From NCBI GenBank assembly GCA_964401865.1, contig CAYNZZ010000007.1:1-32000 (forward strand): 32,000 nucleotides of DNA, written 5' to 3'. The position numbers were made by a program, and so were the translations under genes. A model generated the notes under the pieces. It saw only the letters and a program-made list of their open reading frames with translations. It had not been told where the DNA came from and did no database searches. Positions 27,939 through 32,000 of this stretch are shown here, piece after piece (position 1 is the first letter of the stretch; each line of letters opens with the position of its first letter). Source of the stretch: an uncultured Erysipelotrichaceae bacterium (GTDB taxonomy: Bacteria; Bacillota_I; Bacilli_A; Erysipelotrichales; Erysipelotrichaceae).

Positions 27939-28189
27939 AGTGTTTAGCTTCTTTAGTGCTTTTCTTCGTTTTTAAATATTTTCATCAGTTTCTCTTTTTC
28001 CTTTGATAATTACGAATAACAGTTTCAGAGCACCTGTTTTTAGAATGTCTTTAAACATCTTAATAAGAATGCTTTAATATCGTTTAAGGACATTTACAAG
28101 GACTTTTGCAGGTGCTTTTAATGGCGAGAATTTGCCGCGTCAACTCTTGTTCGACAGGACAAAGTTATAAAAATGTTAAAAAAATCATA

Positions 28190-28203
28190 TGAAATCGTTT
28201 ACA
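28190..28203. promoter_or_regulatory. cre-like catabolite-responsive element
   Basis: TGAAATCGTTTACA fits every specified position of TGWNANCGNTNWCA. It differs by one base from the box at 10368-10381. Confidence 0.6.
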
Positions 28204-28225
28204 TTTTTTTTGTGATTGTTATACT
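28198..28225 (+). promoter_or_regulatory. candidate sigma-A promoter of the mgl-like operon
   Basis: TTTACA (28198-28203), 16-nt spacer, TATACT (28220-28225). The -35 lies inside the cre-like box. Confidence 0.5.
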
Positions 28226-28267
28226 ATATAGGTAAGCAGGGAATAAACTGCTACGAAAGGGAAAAAG

Positions 28268-29365
28268 ATGAAAAAAAGTATTATTACATTAACTGCTCTA
28301 CTTTTGATTCTAACTTGCCTAGGCGGATGTTCTAAAGACGAACAAAAACCCGTTGATGGCAAAGAAACAGACAATACAGTAGAAACTAAGACTGCTGGCG
28401 TATTATGGTATCAATTCGCTGATACATTTATCGCTAATGCAAAAAATAATCTAGAAAACATTTCTAAAGCCGATGGTCGTATCGAAGTCGTTTCTGCAGA
28501 TAGCCAAAACGATATCGCTAACCAAACTAACAACATGAACAACTTCTTCACTCAAGGAAAAGACTTCATTGTTGTCAACAATATCAATACAGCTGCAACT
28601 GATGAAATTGCTGAACAAATCGTAAACGCTGGTTCAACTGCAATCTTCGCTAACACTACTGCTCCATCTGATGAGGTATTAGCAAAAGACGGTGTTTACT
28701 TAGTAACATCTGCTGCTGAACAATCTGGTACTATCATGGGTGAAGCTCTAGTTAAATACTGGAACGAACATCCTGAAGCTGACCGTAATGGTAATGGCAA
28801 ATTAGATTGCGTTGTATTATTAGGTCTTGAATCTCACTATGATACAATCGTTAGAGACTCTGGTTCTAGAGAAGCTCTAGAAGCTGCAGGTATCGAACAA
28901 GTATTAGTTGGTGGTTCTAAGATCGTTGCTAACTATCAAAGAGCAGAAGCTCAAGATAAAGTAACTGCATTATTAGCTAACTTCTCTGATGATATCGAAG
29001 CAGTAATCGCTTGTAACGATGATATGGCTCTAGGTGCTATCGAAGCTCTTAAAGCTGGTGGATTCTTCACTGGTGATGAAAGCACATTTATCCCAGTATG
29101 TGGTGTAGATGCTACTGAACCTGGACGTCAAGCTGTAAAAGATGGCACAATGCTTGTAACTGCATTAAATGACCCTGTTAAATTAGGTAAATCGATCTAT
29201 AAATTAATGGTATTAGTTTCTGAAGGTACTCCATTAACTCAAGAAAACTTAGGTATTGAAGGAACTACTGTTGATGGATCTAAAGTTTGGATTAACTACG
29301 TTGGTGTAACAGCTGAAAACGTAGATACAATCGGTTACGATATCAACGATACTAATTTGAAATAA
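28268..29365 (+). CDS. mglB: galactose/glucose-binding lipoprotein (MglB-like)
   Basis: Lipobox LTCLGGC-SK. Blocks align by eye to E. coli MglB: DSQNDIANQTNNMN, NGNGKLDCVVLLG, VIACNDDMALGAIEALKA and VWINYVGVTAENV. Confidence 0.88.
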   Translation: MKKSIITLTALLLILTCLGGCSKDEQKPVDGKETDNTVETKTAGVLWYQFADTFIANAKNNLENISKADGRIEVVSADSQNDIANQTNNMNNFFTQGKDFIVVNNINTAATDEIAEQIVNAGSTAIFANTTAPSDEVLAKDGVYLVTSAAEQSGTIMGEALVKYWNEHPEADRNGNGKLDCVVLLGLESHYDTIVRDSGSREALEAAGIEQVLVGGSKIVANYQRAEAQDKVTALLANFSDDIEAVIACNDDMALGAIEALKAGGFFTGDESTFIPVCGVDATEPGRQAVKDGTMLVTALNDPVKLGKSIYKLMVLVSEGTPLTQENLGIEGTTVDGSKVWINYVGVTAENVDTIGYDINDTNLK

Positions 29366-29393
29366 TTAAATATTAAGTAAAATTATTATCTAC

Positions 29394-29434
29394 CAAGTCG
29401 GAGTTTGTTCGAAATAGACTCCGACTTGTTTATT
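29394..29434 (+). terminator. intra-operon terminator or attenuator after mglB
   Basis: An 11-bp perfect stem: caagtcggagt (29394-29404) pairs with actccgacttg (29418-29428), followed by tttatt. Confidence 0.8.
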
Positions 29435-29461
29435 AAGCAGACATAAAAGGAGAATTAAATT

Positions 29462-31003
29462 ATGGCTGAAGAAAAATATGTTTTGGAACTCAGAAACATC
29501 AGCAAGAGTTTCCCTGGCGTTAAGGCTTTAGACAATGTTTCTCTAAAAGTTAGACCTGGGACTGTTCACGCACTAATGGGTGAAAATGGAGCCGGTAAAT
29601 CAACTTTGATGAAATGTTCGTTTGGTCTATATCATCCTGATGAAGGCGAGGTAATTGTAGAAGGTAAAGAAGTTCATTACAAGGATACTAGAGATGCTAT
29701 GGCAAATGGTATTTCGATGATTCACCAGGAGTTACAGCCAATCAGAACTCAAAATGTAATGGAGAATATCTTCGTCGGAAGAATTCCGTATAAAAAGGTC
29801 GCTGGTGTTCGTTGGGTAGATTTCAAAAAAATGTACGAAGATACAAAATCATTATTTGATGAATTAGGTATTCAACACATTGATCCTAAACAATCGGTTG
29901 GTGATTTATCGGTATCACATTGTCAGTTATTGGAAATTGCTCGTTCAGTTTCATATGGTGCGAAAGTTATCATTATGGATGAACCTACATCTTCTCTAAC
30001 TGATGCCGAAGCATCATTGCTTTTCAAAATTATTAAGAAATTAACTAGTCAAGGAGTTGCGATCATCTATATTTCTCACAAGATTGAAGAAGTATTGGAT
30101 ATTTCTGATGAAGTAACTGTCATGCGCGATGGTAAGTTGGTTGGAAATTGGGCAACTTGTGAAATGGATATGGATATGATTGTGGCTAAGATGGTTGGTC
30201 ACGATATGGCCACTCGCTTCCCACTTAGAGATCATACGCCAACCGATGAAGTGGCGCTTGAAATTAAAAACTTTACCAGTGCTTACAGCAATAGTTTTGT
30301 CGATATTAGCTTTGCAGTTAAAAAAGGTGAAATATTTGGTGTTGGTGGCTTAGTCGGAGCTCAACGTACTGAACTTATGGAATCGATATTTGGCTTAAGA
30401 CCGGTTGAATGTGGCGAAATCTATATTGATGGAAATAAAGTGAGTATTAAGCAGCCTATCGATGCAATTAAAAATGGTATGGCCCTACTTACTGAAGAGA
30501 GACGTCGTACAGGCATCTATCCGTCATTAGATATTACTGAAAATACTGTTGTCGTTAACGAGGCGGTACGTCCAAAGATTTACTTAAATAAATTTGGACT
30601 ATTGAACCATAAGAAACGTAATGAAGAAACACAGCGCTATGTTGATCAGTTATCGACAAAGACTCCAAATCTAAAGACACAGATTCAATTTTTATCAGGT
30701 GGTAACCAACAGAAAGTTCTATTAGGACGTTGGTTATTATCATCTCCAGATATTTTGATTCTTGATGAACCAACACGTGGTATTGACGTTGGAGCTAAAT
30801 ATGAAATCTATTGTCTAATGGAACAAATGGCAAAAGAAGGAAAAACTGTCATTATGATTTCTTCAGAGATGCCTGAACTAATGGGCATGTCTGATCGAAT
30901 TATGGTTATGTGTGAAGGACATCTTTCAGGTATTGTAGATGTTAGTACAACTACTGATGAGGAAATAATGCGTCTAGCAAGTGCATATTCTGAAGAAGCT
31001 TAA
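29462..31003 (+). CDS. mglA: galactose/methyl-galactoside ABC transporter ATP-binding protein (MglA-like)
   Basis: 513 aa. It is collinear by eye with E. coli MglA: SKSFPGVKALDNVSLKVRP..HALMGENGAGKSTLMKC, NGISMIHQEL, VIIMDEPTSSLT, LTEERRRTGIY, LSGGNQQKVLLGRWLL and ILILDEPTRGIDVGAK. Confidence 0.93.
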   Translation: MAEEKYVLELRNISKSFPGVKALDNVSLKVRPGTVHALMGENGAGKSTLMKCSFGLYHPDEGEVIVEGKEVHYKDTRDAMANGISMIHQELQPIRTQNVMENIFVGRIPYKKVAGVRWVDFKKMYEDTKSLFDELGIQHIDPKQSVGDLSVSHCQLLEIARSVSYGAKVIIMDEPTSSLTDAEASLLFKIIKKLTSQGVAIIYISHKIEEVLDISDEVTVMRDGKLVGNWATCEMDMDMIVAKMVGHDMATRFPLRDHTPTDEVALEIKNFTSAYSNSFVDISFAVKKGEIFGVGGLVGAQRTELMESIFGLRPVECGEIYIDGNKVSIKQPIDAIKNGMALLTEERRRTGIYPSLDITENTVVVNEAVRPKIYLNKFGLLNHKKRNEETQRYVDQLSTKTPNLKTQIQFLSGGNQQKVLLGRWLLSSPDILILDEPTRGIDVGAKYEIYCLMEQMAKEGKTVIMISSEMPELMGMSDRIMVMCEGHLSGIVDVSTTTDEEIMRLASAYSEEA

Positions 31004-31019
31004 TAAAAGGGGACTAACA

Positions 31020-32000
31020 ATGAATAAAAAAATTAATATTAAAAATCTAATAATGAACAATGTCCTATATGTCATTATGATTTTGATAGTCATAGGCATT
31101 GCAATCATTTCTCCAAAATTTCTTTCATTCCGCGTATTGCGTGATATATTGAACCAATCATCTGTTCGTGTATTAGTAGCATTAGGTGTAATGTTTGTCA
31201 TCGTATCTGGTAGTGCCGACTTGTCAGGTGGACGTCTAGTTGGTTTAACTGCTGTTGTTGCTGGTACGCTAGCACAAAGTGTTTCTACTAGTTTAAAATT
31301 TTTCCCAAATCTTCCCGAATTAAATCCAATCATTCCAATCGTTGTAGCAGTTTTGTTGGGATTAATAGTTGGACTATTTAATGGATTTGTTGTATCAAAA
31401 CTTAAAGTTCCCGCTTTCTTGGCAACTTTAGGTACACAAATGATTGTCTATGGTGCAAACTGTCTATTTATCGCTCTTCCTCCAAACAACTCTCAGCCTT
31501 TGGCGGGATTAACTGATGGTTTTAAAGAGATTGGCACTGGTAATATCGCTGGTGTTAACTATGTAATTATCATTTCAATTATTGCATCAGTATTGGTATG
31601 GATTTTCCAAACTAAGACAACTTTAGGTAAAGAAATATTTGCGGTTGGTGGTAATCCTGAAGCTGCAAAAGTATCAGGAATCAATGTATTTAAGATTACC
31701 CTAATCACTTATGCAATTGCCGGTGCTTTCTATGGTTTAGCTGGTGCATTGGAATGTGCAAGAACTGGTTCAGCTAACTCATCTTATGGTATGGGTTATG
31801 AACTAGATGCCATCGCTTCATGTATCATTGGCGGATGTTCTGCCGGCGGTGGTATCGGTGGCGTACCTGGTGTATTCTTAGGAGTTATAATTTTCAACGT
31901 AATTAACTATGGATTGACTTTCATTGGTTTGTCATCTTATTGGCAATATGTTGTTAAAGGAATAATTATCATTTTTGCAATCGCATTAGATGTTCGAAAA
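31020..32000 (+). CDS. mglC: galactose ABC transporter permease (MglC-like), 3' end outside the window
   Basis: Absent from the ORF track because no stop occurs before the window end. ATG 31020 follows AAAAGGGGA. The frame is open for all 327 codons to nt 32000. My translation begins MNKKINIKNLIMNNVLYVIMILIVIGIAIISPKFLSFRVLRDILNQSSVRVLVALGVMFVIVSGSADLSGGRLVGLTAVVAG, which resembles E. coli MglC (ILTQSSVRIIIALGV...GTDLSAGRQVGLAAVVAA). Confidence 0.85.
   Translation, partial: MNKKINIKNLIMNNVLYVIMILIVIGIAIISPKFLSFRVLRDILNQSSVRVLVALGVMFVIVSGSADLSGGRLVGLTAVVAGTLAQSVSTSLKFFPNLPELNPIIPIVVAVLLGLIVGLFNGFVVSKLKVPAFLATLGTQMIVYGANCLFIALPPNNSQPLAGLTDGFKEIGTGNIAGVNYVIIISIIASVLVWIFQTKTTLGKEIFAVGGNPEAAKVSGINVFKITLITYAIAGAFYGLAGALECARTGSANSSYGMGYELDAIASCIIGGCSAGGGIGGVPGVFLGVIIFNVINYGLTFIGLSSYWQYVVKGIIIIFAIALDVRK

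Noticed and set aside
27953-27985. Ten-codon minus-strand mini-ORF (MKIFKNEEKH) with an RBS-like AAAGGAAAAAGAG
   Set aside because: It is too short, has no downstream minus-strand gene for which it could serve as a leader peptide, and is most likely chance or a remnant.
1-32000. CRISPR arrays, IS elements or transposases, integrases, prophage genes, toxin-antitoxin or defence-system genes, tRNA or rRNA
   Set aside because: I read through the intergenic regions and the ORF translations. I found no spaced direct repeats, no terminal inverted repeats flanking an ORF, no recombinase or nuclease-type proteins, and no tRNA- or rRNA-like sequences.

Overview
This window looks like chromosomal core metabolism from an AT-rich, low-GC Gram-positive (Bacillota-type) anaerobe; the taxon is inferred from gene content, lipobox signal peptides and GGAGG-type ribosome-binding sites. 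All convincing genes are on the + strand. In order: the 3' end of a membrane-protein gene; a ZTP (pfl-motif) riboswitch driving pflB-pflA; purC; a PurF homologue lacking the N-terminal Cys nucleophile, whose stop codon overlaps the start of a type III glutamine synthetase; two orphan genes (a lipoprotein and a doubtful small ORF); a CUT2-type sugar ABC operon (binding lipoprotein, ATPase, permease) fused to a Gfo/Idh/MocA oxidoreductase and a xylose-isomerase-like TIM-barrel gene; a 68-aa orphan; a second ZTP riboswitch driving fhs-purE-purM-purN-purH-purD-purL; an orphan secreted or lipoprotein gene; and an mglBAC-like operon whose permease runs off the right edge and is missing from the ORF track. 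I saw no tRNA, rRNA, CRISPR array, transposase or phage genes. The most unusual item is the Cys-less PurF / GSIII pair, because the large pur operon here has no purF. Other items worth a second look are the two ZTP riboswitches with terminator platforms, cre-like boxes over both sugar-operon promoters, terminators after both binding-protein genes, a nested inverted repeat upstream of mglB, and an unexplained ~470-bp gap before purC. All minus-strand ORFs in the track look like antisense shadows.
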